Of a DNA stretch of 64,000 nt, positions 52,201 to 63,606 are shown piece by piece. How positions within the stretch are numbered: the first letter of the stretch is position 1; each line of letters begins with the position of its first letter. A program made the translations under genes and the position numbers. The notes under the pieces are model-generated. The model had not been told where the DNA came from and did no database searches. It worked only from the letters and a program-made list of their open reading frames with translations. Origin of the DNA: Octopus bimaculoides (Eukaryota); assembly GCF_001194135.2 (NCBI RefSeq), contig NC_068993.1, positions 56,147,341 through 56,211,340 on the forward strand. The letters are read 5' to 3'.

Positions 52201-54445
52201 AACTCAGAATGTAAAGACGGACGAAATGCTGCTAAGCATTCTGCCCGGTGTGCTAACGATTCTGCTAGCTCACCATCTTTTGACATACAAACATACTACC
52301 AATTGTTTTCATGTTCTATCATCTTTGTGATGCCAAACATCCTGAGATGTAACTCTACTTATTCTTCCAGCTATTTTCGCCTGTCTTTACATCCTGAGTT
52401 CAAATTCCGCCAAGGTCGACTTTGCTTTCATCCTTTCAGTAAGTATGGTAAGATTAGGCTTTGCTGATGATATTTAAAAAGGCTGAAACATATCTTCAGT
52501 TATTTTAGTTTGCATATGTGCGTTCCACCTGTGCATGTTAGTGTTTTAAACATTGTATACATTTATTATTATTTAAGCTTAATATTTACTAACATCATTA
52601 GTTTGTTTAATCAGACTTTGTATTTTACTTGGAAACACACAAAGTTTGGGTAAAGAAGAATCTCTTTTACAAGAGATTCACGAAAAAGGATCGTGCAGAA
52701 GAAAATCGGTGAAGATGACATGAACAGAAGCAGTGAAAACTAATCTTAAGATGCTGAGCTGTGCAAAAGAAATGATAAGTGAATGTGGCAGATAGAGAGA
52801 GACTGTGCTGGAGAGAACGCATCCAACCAGCACAAACATGGAAAAAACAAACACAAAATGATGACAAAGACACACACACAAAACTCATTAGAAAACTTTG
52901 TACAATGAATGCACTGTTCGTTTCTGTAATCAGTAACATTCACCTTTTTTTATGTAGTTATGCTTTGACATTGAAACTGAAGTTTATATGTAAAAGTATT
53001 TTACTGAAGCCAGTCAAGCTGCTGGTCAAATCTAAATTTACCAACCAGTCACCATAATCATCATTAACATCTGTTTTCCATATTGACATGATGTGAAAGG
53101 GGGGAAAAAAAAATCTGTGCATATTGAGTGCATATTCAATAACATATGACAAAACCACAATTGACTCCGGAGGCATTTGAACTCAGAGTTCTGAACCAAA
53201 TGCTACAGAGAACTTTATCCTACACAGTAACAACTCCACCAATTCACCATTTCTCATTCTATTTGTAATACTGTAATCCCTTTCATCTCTCATTCTGCAT
53301 TTTATTATTTCGGCCAAGTCTATATTCTTCATATATTAATGTTCTGGAGCATTTTGGATGTTGTTGTTGTAGTAATATTTAGGAGTGCTTTAATTGTGTC
53401 TGATGGGGGGAACCGTATAAGTGGTAAAAGGGAAAGTGAAAGTTAGAGTTTGCTGTGGGATCAAACAGCACTTTTGCATGCTTAAATGGTCCTTCATTAC
53501 GAGTGATTTTGTTCTGCTGTGTAGCTGGTCTCTGGGCGTGACCTGTTATAACCTGTGTTGATGTGATGTATGTTACTTGTGCAGAGGTTAGGAACCAAAA
53601 CATGAGTGGCATGTTCAATAATGTATCTTATCTATATTGTTTGTACGTGACTTTTGTGGTGGTCAAATGTGGAATCCCAGAATGTTCTAAATAAATACGC
53701 TTCTAAAAGCAAACTTCGTTTGTTAGTTTCCGTTTGTCGTAATTTGAATTTAACATATATTTATATTCTTTTTCTATTGTGGGTTTTGAATGTGTCATGA
53801 AGTATATAAAGGTGATGTATGTAACTTGTAGTATTTTTTTTTGTTCTATGTGAATGGTATATTTATCATTCAGCATGATGGCAGGTTGTGGTGGTGGTGG
53901 TGGGAAGTGGGAGGCCTGTGGTCTTGACACATGTCATATTAAGTCTATGGTTGTAGAACCACATTTATATTGGAGAAATTGTGTAGGTGTGGCTGTGTGG
54001 TAAGAAGTTTGCTTTCCAACCATATGATTCCAGGTTCAGTCTCACTACAAGGCACCTTGGGCAAGTGTCCTCTACTTCAGTTTCCATCAACCAAATCCAC
54101 TCACAAGGCTTTGGTTGGCCCAAGGTTATAGTAAAAGACACTTGCCCAAGGTGCCACACAGTGGGACTGAACCAAGAACGATGTGGTTGGGAAGCAAACT
54201 TCTTACCACACAGCCACACCTGCGTTAGAAAAATAATTATGTCATTATTAAACTAGTGCTTTGAGCATAAATTAACATGAAATTTTAATGAAAGGTTTCA
54301 ATTCAGATCACAATAAACAGGAAGTTTGTATCATAGAACCAAAGGCAGCCTCAGGTGGGTAGGTATCAAAAGGGTTAAGGATAAGAATAAAAATTAAAAG
54401 ATAAGCTTACCTTGGCTGCCAGCCATTTTTGTCTTTCCGACTCAT
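32909..54445 (-). CDS. SLC4A11: SLC4A11-like (BTR1/NaBC1) SLC4 transporter, 19 coding exons, 808 aa
   Basis: Exons are 54445-54411, 51903-51707, 50858-50818, 49975-49783, 48859-48775, 48160-48037, 46878-46696, 45782-45695, 45516-45394, 42622-42509, 41607-41475, 41087-41014, 39910-39751, 39231-39125, 38075-37904, 37304-37131, 35000-34808, 34675-34506 and 32969-32909. All introns are GT-AG and phase-compatible, totalling 2427 nt. SLC4A11-specific motifs: [97 protein letters not shown]. There is an in-frame TAA upstream of the ATG. Confidence 0.95.
33051..33318. mobile_element. Fold-back (palindromic) MITE-like element
   Basis: Arms of ~130 bp (ttgcagcgtggaaggtgtttataag...ctgacaaaat and attttgtcag...cttataaacaccttccacactgcaa) surround an 11-nt loop at 33181-33191. 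Confidence 0.8.
36480..37110. repeat. Degenerate ~12-bp A-rich minisatellite (AGACCAAAGATC-like)
   Basis: gatcaaaccaaa, gactagatcaaa and gaccggatcaaa units recur over ~600 bp. Confidence 0.7.
38745..38957 (+). mobile_element. Non-autonomous mariner derivative (MITE) with both TIRs
   Basis: The left TIR catgagggagtactgaaaagttcctggtttt matches the reverse complement of the right TIR (tacaagggggtgctgaaaagtgcctggcttt). Internally it keeps the mariner C-terminus [13 protein letters not shown]. Confidence 0.8.
39976..40830 (+). mobile_element. Mariner (DD34D-type) transposase remnant, 5' two-thirds, frameshifted
   Basis: It starts with a TIR-like tacatggaggtacccaaaagtaatcagaaac. Translated pieces include [28 protein letters not shown] and [39 protein letters not shown]. 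Confidence 0.85.
42773..43145 (-). mobile_element. Retroelement 3' end with a (TTA)n tail (family unassigned)
   Basis: An (AAT)n tract abuts a complex segment gaccggatgcagtaccaggcagtggctc... . On the minus strand this reads as an element followed by (TTA)n. Confidence 0.45.
43709..44090 (-). mobile_element. RTE-tailed repeat (family C) with internal tandem units and a (GAT)n tail
   Basis: It begins catcatcatcgtttaacgtccgctttccatgctagcatgggttggac, with repeated gccagtcaggcggtactggcaacggcca units. Other copies lie at ~23000-23290, 24410-24790, 27130-27420, 29145-29450, 37615-37830, 51200-51410, 55165-55430, 58400-58560 and 63685-64000. Confidence 0.75.
45004..45199 (+). mobile_element. tRNA-derived SINE (family B), near full-length
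   Basis: An A-box-like tggcagaatcg and B-box-like gagttcaaactcc are followed by gactttgcctttcatcc...aagtaccagtt. Confidence 0.8.
46320..46635. repeat. Compound (GATA)/(GACA)/(GGAT) satellite with a 36-bp tandem unit
   Basis: The unit gaggtagatggctggttggacagacagacagatagg occurs about 3 times and is followed by (GGAT)n. Confidence 0.85.
46987..47420 (-). mobile_element. RTE-clade LINE 3' end with C2H2-like zinc finger
   Basis: [30 protein letters not shown]...WRKQVREG...[20 protein letters not shown] (one frameshift). Confidence 0.85.
49296..49676 (+). mobile_element. tRNA-derived SINE (family D), apparently full-length
   Basis: A box tggcccagtgg (49306-49316) and B box ggtttcgattcc (49349-49360). 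The body is shared with 10265-10600. Confidence 0.85.
52690..52850 (+). mobile_element. Degenerate RTE LINE 3' fragment
   Basis: [20 protein letters not shown]...[11 protein letters not shown] resembles an RTE ORF end. Confidence 0.5.
53983..54223. mobile_element. Inverted pair of family-A SINE 5' halves (fold-back)
   Basis: 53983-54076 is a close reverse complement of ~54128-54223. Confidence 0.85.
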
Positions 54446-55448
54446 TTTTACACAAATAAATGATGCAATCACTCGAGATCTTTATTTAGATAAACTAAAG
54501 AAAAAGGTTGTAGTAGCTGAAGATATATCTGATGAAAGACAGGTCAAAATTTTCTGTACACTTCTGAAAAATAAATAAAATTTTATATTATATATGTATG
54601 GGGTCACCATTACTGTTATTATTATTATTATCTCCCTTTCATTCAGCCTCCCTTTTTTTCCAGTCATCTCGCCCTGTTGGACCATTGAAGTCTACACGTA
54701 TTTTCTCTCTCCATTTTTTTCTTCTTAATCCTTTCAGTCTAAGAGCATAGTCTCGAAACGTAAAAAAACTTCTCCATTTTCCCTGAGTGTTAAACTAATA
54801 CACCTGCTTCTTGTTCCTAGCAAATCAACCCCAGGGCTTATCCTTTTGTAAGCCTAGTACTTATTCTATCGGTCATTTTTGCCAAACTGCTAAGTTACTG
54901 GAACTGAAACACACCAACATCAGTTGTCAAGCGATGTTGGCGGGGACAAACACAGACATACAAACATATACACATGCATACATATATATATATATATATA
55001 TATATANNNNNNNNNNNNNNNNNNNNNNNNNNNNNNNNNNNNNNNNNNNNNNNNNNNNNNNNNNNNNNNNNNNNNNNNNNNNNNNNNNNNNNNNNNNNNN
55101 NNNNNNNNNNNNNNNNNNNNNNNNNNNNNNNNNNNNNNNNNNNNNNNNNNNNNNNNNNNNNNNTTGCCGGTGCCCCTGGACTGGCTCTTGTGCGGGTGGC
55201 ACATAAAAGACACCATTTCGAGCGTGGCCGTTTTCGTGCGGGTGACACGTAAAAGCACCCACTACACTCTCTGAGTGGTTGGCGTTAGGAAGGGCATCCA
55301 GCTGTAGAAACTCTGCCAAATTAGATTGGAGCCTGGTGTTGCCATCCGGTTTCACCAGTCCTCAGTCAAATCGTCCAACCCATACTAGCATGGAAAGCGG
55401 ACGTTAAACGGTGATGATGATGATGATGATTCACATATATACATATAC

Positions 55449-55481
<33 letters not shown>

Positions 55482-56574
55482 CATATATACAGTGAACAAG
55501 CATTGCAAGAGAACTGATAACTATTTTGACAGCAAGTTTCATAAAAAATCATCTTTTTCCCCACAAAAGCTATCTTCCTCTACCCTTGATAAATCTAATT
55601 AACTCAAAGATGGGATGCTGACAGGGACTACTGTTCTCGGTCAGAACAGCCCTGGGAATAATGCTAATTAAGGGGTGACTCCACATTCCCTACAATTACA
55701 GAATTCTGAACCAGAGCCTTACCGATGGATACAGTTTAATGCCACACACACACAATAGTCATCTTGTAAAATTTAGAATGACTTGGCAGCCTACACCATG
55801 GTTTCATTAATTGTTTTATCTTTTAACTTTTAAACTGGCTGTATCAGGCCCAAATGTTCTGTTTTAGGTTCAAGCTGGATACCTTTGGCCATTCACTCCT
55901 ACCTTTCAATGTCATTCTAAAAATATAGTCACATCATTGAAATCCCAAAGCTACAAGATAATGTATGATGAAGTCAAAACAATGCAAATAAATAAGCATT
56001 ACATTTGACAAAATAATCTCAATGCTAAAGGGTTTATAACTGGCCATATCTAACCCAAATGTTCGGTTTTATTTTCAAACTGGCTATATCCAGCCTTTCA
56101 CACTTACCTAACAATGCCATTCTAAACATAAATGATCATATCATCAATATCTCAAAGCTACAAGATAATGCATGGTTAATTCAAAAATGATGTGAATAAA
56201 TAAGTATCACATTTGACAAAGTAACATAAATGCTAAAAGGTTAAGGTGCCTGTGTAGCCACAAGCAGGCATAAGCATCCTCTCAGCCATCCCACACCTGG
56301 TCCAGCTGGATACTCAACACGATCAAACACAAAGCTCACATATTTTAGGTAAACAGAGAAGTGATATTCATATCGTTTCCAAGGACATTAGTGATGCAAA
56401 TTTTGAAGAGAGAATAACTCCATTCAGAAATTGAAACCTCTTCTCATGATCAGCTTACCACTTGCTCTACAAATAACACAGCAAATGATAAACGATATGT
56501 CCAATACAAGTGTATCAATGACAGTAAAAATTAAAATTAAATTTCACCTCATCCGAAGGTCAGAGAGGACTTAC

Positions 56575-56603
56575 GATGGTCAACGGTGTCGTGTTGCTTC
56601 ACA
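56575..56603 (-). other. Candidate 29-nt 5'-UTR exon of SLC4A11
   Basis: The reverse complement reads gttgtttatag|tgtgaagcaacacgacaccgttgaccatc|gtaagt. Only splice signals support it. Confidence 0.35.
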
Positions 56604-56895
56604 CTATAAACAACATGTCACCTATGCTAACAACAATCAATGTATTGTAGGGATTAAAATATCAAAGCGACAGAATGAACAACTCACATCATTTTCAGTG
56701 GGTGACTAAACTGAAGATCTTCATGGAAAAACTAAACAATACGCCAGGATAGTTTCATCTTTTTTTGTTTTTTTATATCCATTGAGGAAGTTGAGTACAA
56801 GACCAATGATGACTCTTTACCGATTTCAACAACAAATGGTCTATCTGTCTGTTTGATCAATGGAACTATCAATAGAATAAGTGGCTGAGTATTCC

Positions 56896-57119
56896 TTAAC
56901 CTCTTTAGCATTCAGATTACTCTGCCAAATGCAATGCTTATGCATTCACATTGCTTTGAATTAATCATGCATTATCTCATAGATTTGGGATTGCAATGGT
57001 GTGACTGTTTATTTTTAGGATTACATTGTGAGGCAGCTGTGAGAGACAATATCTTGCCAGTTTGAACACAAAATGGGTTCTTGAGATGGATATGGCCAGT
57101 TTAAATGCTAAAGGGTTAA
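56896..57119. mobile_element. piggyBac-like MITE (TTAA TSD)
   Basis: TTAA-cctctttagca...tgctaaaggg-TTAA. Related copies lie at ~46060-46215 and 55820-56242. Confidence 0.75.
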
Positions 57120-60100
57120 ATCAGTGGCTCTTGACCATTTTCTTGTACCTCCACCCCTTACCTCTTAAGTAGTTGTTCTGGAACATGTACGCAGTCAACT
57201 ACATGCCAAGACAAAATCTACTGTTGAGGTAGATTTTCTACGGCTGGATGTCCTTCCTGCTGCCAACCCTCACTCATTTCCAGACAAAGCAAAATAATAT
57301 TTCTCCATGGCCAGACATGCTTTACACAGAAGACTGGAAATGGACAACACCGCTTGTATCACATCTGGTGCTCATTTACAATCATAGACAGTAACACCCA
57401 CACACACATGATGGGCTTCTGTTTACCAGATCCGCTCACAAGATAAAGTAATAGCAGCCCCACCACATCCCCGTCATTCTAGATTAATACCACACACACA
57501 CCAGCTGCTCATAGTCTTCTCGGCTCATTAAATGTGTTGGCACCTCTCTTCAACAGCTGCTTCTGTTGATTTTAAAATTAAAAGTTGGTAAATAAATCAA
57601 CATTGTTTGGTCATTGGTTTAACTGGCCAAACAAAACAGAATAGCTTCACTGAGTTTGACCTTTTATAGCAGCAGTTCTCAACCACAGCTTCCAGGGATG
57701 GATGCAGTCCTTGAGCAACCTTCTAGAAGCTCCTAACAGTTTTCCCCTCCATGGTGGCATCTCTTTTATTCGTTTCAGTCATTTTGACTGTGGCCATGCT
57801 GGAGCACTGCCTTTAGTCGAGCAAATTGACCCTAGGACTTATTCTTTGTAAGCCTAGTACTTATTCTATTGGTCTCTTTTGCCGAACCACTAAGTTACGG
57901 GGACGTAAATACACCAGCATCAGTTGTCAAGTGATGTTGGGGGGACAAACACACACACACACACACACATATACATATATACGACGGGCTTCTTTCGGTT
58001 TCCGTCTACCAAATCCACTCACAAGGCTTTGGTTGGCCCGAGGCTATAGTAGAAGACACTTGCCCAANNNNNNNNNNNNNNNNNNNNNNNNNNNNNNNNN
58101 NNNNNNNNNNNNNNNNNNNNNNNNNNNNNNNNNNNNNNNNNNNNNNNNNNNNNNNNNNNNNNNNNNNNNNNNNNNNNNNNNNNNNNNNNNNNNNNNNNNN
58201 NNNNNNNNNNNNNNNNNNNNNNNNNNNNNNNNNNNNNNNNNNNNNNNNNNNNNNNNNNNNNNNNNNNNNNNNNNNNNNNNNNNNNNNNNNNNNNNNNNNN
58301 NNNNNNNNNNNNNNNNNNNNNNNNNNNNNNNNNNNNNNNNNNNNNNNNNNNNNNNNNNNNNNNNNNNNNNNNNNNNNNNNNNNNNNNNNNNNNNNNNNNN
58401 ATTACCCTCTTGGAGTGGTTGGTGTTAGGAAGGGTATCCAGCTGAAGAAAACCATGCCAAATCAGACTGGAGCCTGGCACAGCCTTCCTGTGTGCCAGCC
58501 CAGTCAAACCGTCCAACCCATGCCAGCATGGACAATGGACATTAAATGATGATGATGATGAAATATAATAAATTCTTCTTCAATTGACTTATATTTTACT
58601 TGTTTTGGTGTGCCCTCACCCCTTAAAAAATCCTTGTTTTGGATCTGTTTTGGATACACACCCTTGTGTGTGTATTAAGAACTTCATAGTCTCCATTGCA
58701 GCTGTCCATGTCAGGTCTTACAGCCCTTACAGTGTTCACAAAGCATTGAGCAGTAGTCATGATGTTAGTGTTTTGATCTCTGGTGTGAATCACCATGATA
58801 CAGGTAACTCTTTTCCAATATTCAGAGGACTTCCAGTCTCCCATGTCCGCTAACTTTTCTCAACTACAACTTTAATCTTTATGCTCTCCGATGCCATAGA
58901 CTCTTCACAAATATATCAAGCTGTTCCCAGAAAAAAAGGAGACATAAAAAAAGTCATCAAATTTAGCCTCAACTATCACAGGTGTTACGTTCCGAAACCC
59001 CCACGAAAGGTGAAAATCCAAAGTAGAAACAGTACTGTACTGTATATTTTATTGTTATTATTTTTATAATTTGTATGTATTTATTGTATTATATATGCAA
59101 AACAACACCACGGAGGGATCGACGTAAGCTTAAATAATAGACCGCAATAAGGGAACCGCGATAAGGGAACTGCAAAATGGCAAGGGATCACTGTATATGC
59201 AAACACATACACATGTCTATGCATTCTTGTAGTGGTACTTGTAGCATTGGTAGAGGTAACAGTGGTGGTTGCAGTTGTAGTAGTGACTGTGATGATTGTT
59301 GAGGTGGTGGTTGTGGTAGTGGTTGTACCAGTTGCAGTGGAGGTCATTGCCATTATAGTAGAAACAGTAATTGTATGAGTGCATCTTTGTGGATATCTAT
59401 GCACATATATACACACACACCTGTATGAATATATGTACATAGATATCTAGAAATGCACCTGCATGTGTATTCATGCATGCCACATGTTGGTTTGTTTCTT
59501 TCATGTATGTAAACAAGTTTCTATAACTTCTTATATACCAGTGAACGCTATTCAGTGTCATTGTCGTCATTGTCGTCATTGTCATCATTGTCGTCATCAT
59601 TATTATCATTGTTGTCATCATGCTGGAGCACCGCCTTTAGTTGAGCAAATCGACCCCAGGACTTATTCTTTTGTAAACCTAGTACTTATTCTATCGGTCA
59701 ACTTTGCCAAACCGCTAAGTTACGGGGGACGTAAACACACCACCATCGGTTGTCAAGCGATGTTGCGGGGACAAACACAGACACACAAACATAAACACAC
59801 ACATATATATCTATGACGGGCTTCTTTCAGTTTCCGTTTACCAATTCCACTCACATGTATAAATATATTACAATCATGAAATTAGCATTAAATTATCTCA
59901 CTCTTTCTCGCAGAACCCTAGGGTTCCAGGGAAACCCTAGAGTTTTGAGGAACCCCGGTTGAGAAATGCTGATGTATACTAACAATACATATCAGCAAAA
60001 CTTCAATATTTCAAGTTTCCTGCAATTCTCTGAGTATCAGGGGGCGGTCTCGAAAATTTTTAGAGGTGATATAGTAACCGGGGTAAAATGAGTAATTCCT

Positions 60101-60499
60101 GATTTCTTGTTATTTTCTCCCTGTCTGTTTGAAATCATTACATTGCAAGCATCGTATCATCTTTAGGAGCAAAAATTGGTCAGCATAGTTTTTGTTGAAG
60201 TTAAGGGAGTCAAAAGCATAATACGGTAACAAGTATTTTTTAAGAAATTTCCCTTCAACTTTGACCTGCATAAAATATATGGATAATTTTTGGTGTTTCT
60301 TTTGTTCGATTCCAAGTCAATTTTTACCCACGCTAATGTCTAATTAGATAATTTTCAAGTTTCAGAAAATGATGTCTAAAATGGGGCAAAATGAGTAATG
60401 ACTAATTTCAATATATTCTCTTTAATTTAATTTCATGGTGTGTAAAATATATTACAAACAGAGGCAATCAGCAGATCGTGAAGAAGCTATAGAAAATAT

Positions 60500-60637
60500 G
60501 GTAATTTTTCAGATTAACACTCGCACAATTTTCACTAGGGTGTTAGGGTTAGGGTTTTAGGGTCAGGGTTAGGGGGTTGGGTTTAGGGTTAGGGTTAGTG
60601 TTAGGGAATCGTGCGGGTGTTAATCTGAAAAATTACC
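60500..60637. mobile_element. Merlin-like MITE with internal TTAGGG repeats and an 8-bp TSD
   Basis: The 27-bp TIR is ggtaatttttcagattaacac(t/c)cgcac with 1 mismatch. The direct repeat gaaaatat flanks both sides (60492-60499 and 60638-60645). The interior is degenerate (TTAGGG)n. Confidence 0.8.
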
Positions 60638-62288
60638 GAAAATATTTTATGTTGATTTTTTCTTTATTTATTTAGTCAAGTTTCGTTAATTTCATGTCAT
60701 TTTTCCCTGATCCTCTTTCATTAGATCTTGATATTTAAATTTTTATTTGTATTTCTGATCTTTCTGATATCTACGAATGGATATTGATGTGTACGAGTCA
60801 GTTTTCAAATGTAATTCTGGAAAATCGAAGCAGCGAATTTCCTTTATCTTGGCTTACCCATTTTGCCCCAGCCAAATTTGTCTTTTATATGCTCAAAGAG
60901 AATGGCGATAAATTTCTCAAATAGTGCTTAGATTATAATGTTTTTAATGCATTTAGGGAAAGGCCACTTACTTAGCTGATAGTATTTATAAAGTAGGGGT
61001 CATTTGTAAAAAATAAGTTTTGTCGCAAAAGTAAAAAAAAAAAGGCAGTAAAAACTCCATCTCCTTATAGAATGATATACTTGAAGCTGAAACCCCAACT
61101 ATATATAAACGGGAATCTTATTACATACATAACACACACGAGAGGTGACAGTGCAACTAGTACATAGGTTCAGACCTGGGAAGTCCAAAGAGGTGACCCG
61201 TGAATTTTTTTTTTTTTTTATGGCAAGGAGGGACCCCAGAGTCTCTTCCCAGTTGTGGAGGAGATAAAGCAAACTCGTTCGCCTCTGCAAAAGTTCTTTC
61301 GTGTTTGTATTAGTAAAATTAAGTCTACACGTACACTGGAAAACGGAAATAAAAAAAAAAATCAAGCAAGGAACCGTGCGGTAGTTTTAAACTCTTCACA
61401 GATACACAAGATTGTTTNNNNNNNNNNNNNNNNNNNNNNNNNNNNNNNNNNNNNNNNNNNNNNNNNNNNNNNNNNNNNNNNNNNNNNNNNNNNNNNNNNN
61501 NNNNNNNNNNNNNNNNNNNNNNNNNNNNNNNNNNNNNNNNNNNNNNNNNNNNNNNNNNNNNNNNNNNNNNNNNNNNNNNNNNNNNNNNNNNNNNNNNNNN
61601 NNNNNNNNNNNNNNNNNNNNNNNNNNNNNNNNNNNNNNNNNNNNNNNNNNNNNNNNNNNNNNNNNNNNNNNNNNNNNNNNNNNNNNNNNNNNNNNNNNNN
61701 NNNNNNNNNNNNNNNNNNNNNNNNNNNNNNNNNNNNNNNNNNNNNNNNNNNNNNNNNNNNNNNNNNNNNNNNNNNNNNNNNNNNNNNNNNNNNNNNNNNN
61801 NNNNNNNNNNNNNNNNNNNNNNNNNNNNNNNNNNNNNNNNNNNNNNNNNNNNNNNNNNNNNNNNNNNNNNNNNNNNNNNNNNNNNNNNNNNNNNNNNNNN
61901 NNNNNNNNNNNNNNNNNNNNNNNNNNNNNNNNNNNNNNNNNNNNNNNNNNNNNNNNNNNNNNNNNNNNNNNNNNNNNNNNNNNNNNNNNNNNNNNNNNNN
62001 NNNNNNNNNNNNNNNNNNNNNNNNNNNNNNNNNNNNNNNNNNNNNNNNNNNNNNNNNNNNNNNNNNNNNNNNNNNNNNNNNNNNNNNNNNNNNNNNNNNN
62101 NNNNNNNNNNNNNNNNNNNNNNNNNNNNNNNNNNNNNNNNNNNNNNNNNNNNNNNNNNNNNNNNNNNNNNNNNNNNNNNNNNNNNNNNNNNNNNNNNNNN
62201 NNNNNNNNNNNNNNNNNNNNNNNNNNNNNNNNNNNNNNNNNNNNNNNNNNNNNNNNNNNNNNNNNNNNNNNNNNNNNNNNNNNNNNNN

Positions 62289-62339
<51 letters not shown>

Positions 62340-63210
62340 CATATATATATACATACACACACACATACTTCTAGTGGGGAATTTTTTTAAAACTAGTTTA
62401 TAGACAAGGGTTTAGCCACGTGGTTCCGGGATCGATCCCGCAGAACGGTAACTTGGCTATGTGTGGTGTACTGTAACTAGTTCAGAGAGGGGAGTGATTT
62501 TTATGTCGTACCTTAGAGAAACTTTGACATTCCGAGTAGAGCCCTTTGTCGGAGAGATAAGTGAATTTTCTACTACAGGCAGCTACAAACGGAATTAAAG
62601 AGACAGAAATCGTATGAAAGAGTGGTTATTTATGTGTACGTGTGCGCGAAGAAATTTAAGAAACCCGAATTTTTTTTTCTTTATTTTTAATTATCAATAT
62701 ATAGATATCATTTGAAGCTTCTAAAAGCTACACTTTATTGATTATTCAACCGATTTGAATAATCACTAGAGAGAGAGAGAGAGGTATGCATCAGTGAAAA
62801 AAAATCGTTGTTGCTGTTTAAGCACTGCCCATCCGTCCCAAAGGACGGCCACAACGAGCCGAGGACAGATGCAATGTAGAAACTAAATGCTACCTAATGC
62901 ATGCTGTGACTTGCTGTCATTAAATAAATACAATTAGGCCCCTAAAATATTGCTTTGCTTGAAGGCGTGGGTAGGAGGCGGCAAACATCGTTAAGACAGT
63001 CCCCCGCCTTTAAGCCCCGCAATGAAGCGATTCAACAGACAGGTAACGAGGAAATATAGCTGGAGATGAGACACCATTGAAAGCTATATACCCAGCCCGG
63101 TTGCAATCCAATTGCTGGAACCATTTAATAAAAATAATCATAATAATAATAATAAGGTATGTATGTATACGAAAATTAAGTGTATAACATGTAGGCATGT
63201 AGTGACTTAC

Positions 63211-63296
63211 CGGGTTTGGTTATTGTTCCAGGATATGTGAGTTCAGTGCTGTTGCGGAGGTACAGGATGAATGGAGAAATGTAAAAAACTCCCACA
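63211..63296 (-). other. Candidate upstream (probably non-coding) exon, possibly of SLC4A11
   Basis: The reverse complement reads ttttttttgccttctctcag|tgtgggag...aaacccg|gtaagt, with a strong acceptor and donor. No homology was recognised. Confidence 0.4.
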
Positions 63297-63464
63297 CTGA
63301 GAGAAGGCAAAAAAAACAACAATAACCAACATAAGAGAAGACTCCAATGCGTATGACGACGGTGGGGGAAGGAGTCACACAAAGACTGTGACGAGAAATT
63401 GTAACTTGTGATGGTGGTGGTAGTTGTAGTAAGATATCGAGGGGGAGTGGATAGAGAGTGTATA

Positions 63465-63515
<51 letters not shown>

Positions 63516-63573
63516 GCACAAACATTAGAGAGCACATGTATGTGTGTGTGTATATATAAATATATATATATTC

Positions 63574-63606
<33 letters not shown>

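Noticed and set aside
330-62403. Many long ORFs in the supplied track (X-filled, or poly-YI/HT/CV/R/S/L/F)
   Set aside because: They span N gaps or translate microsatellites and have no protein-like content.
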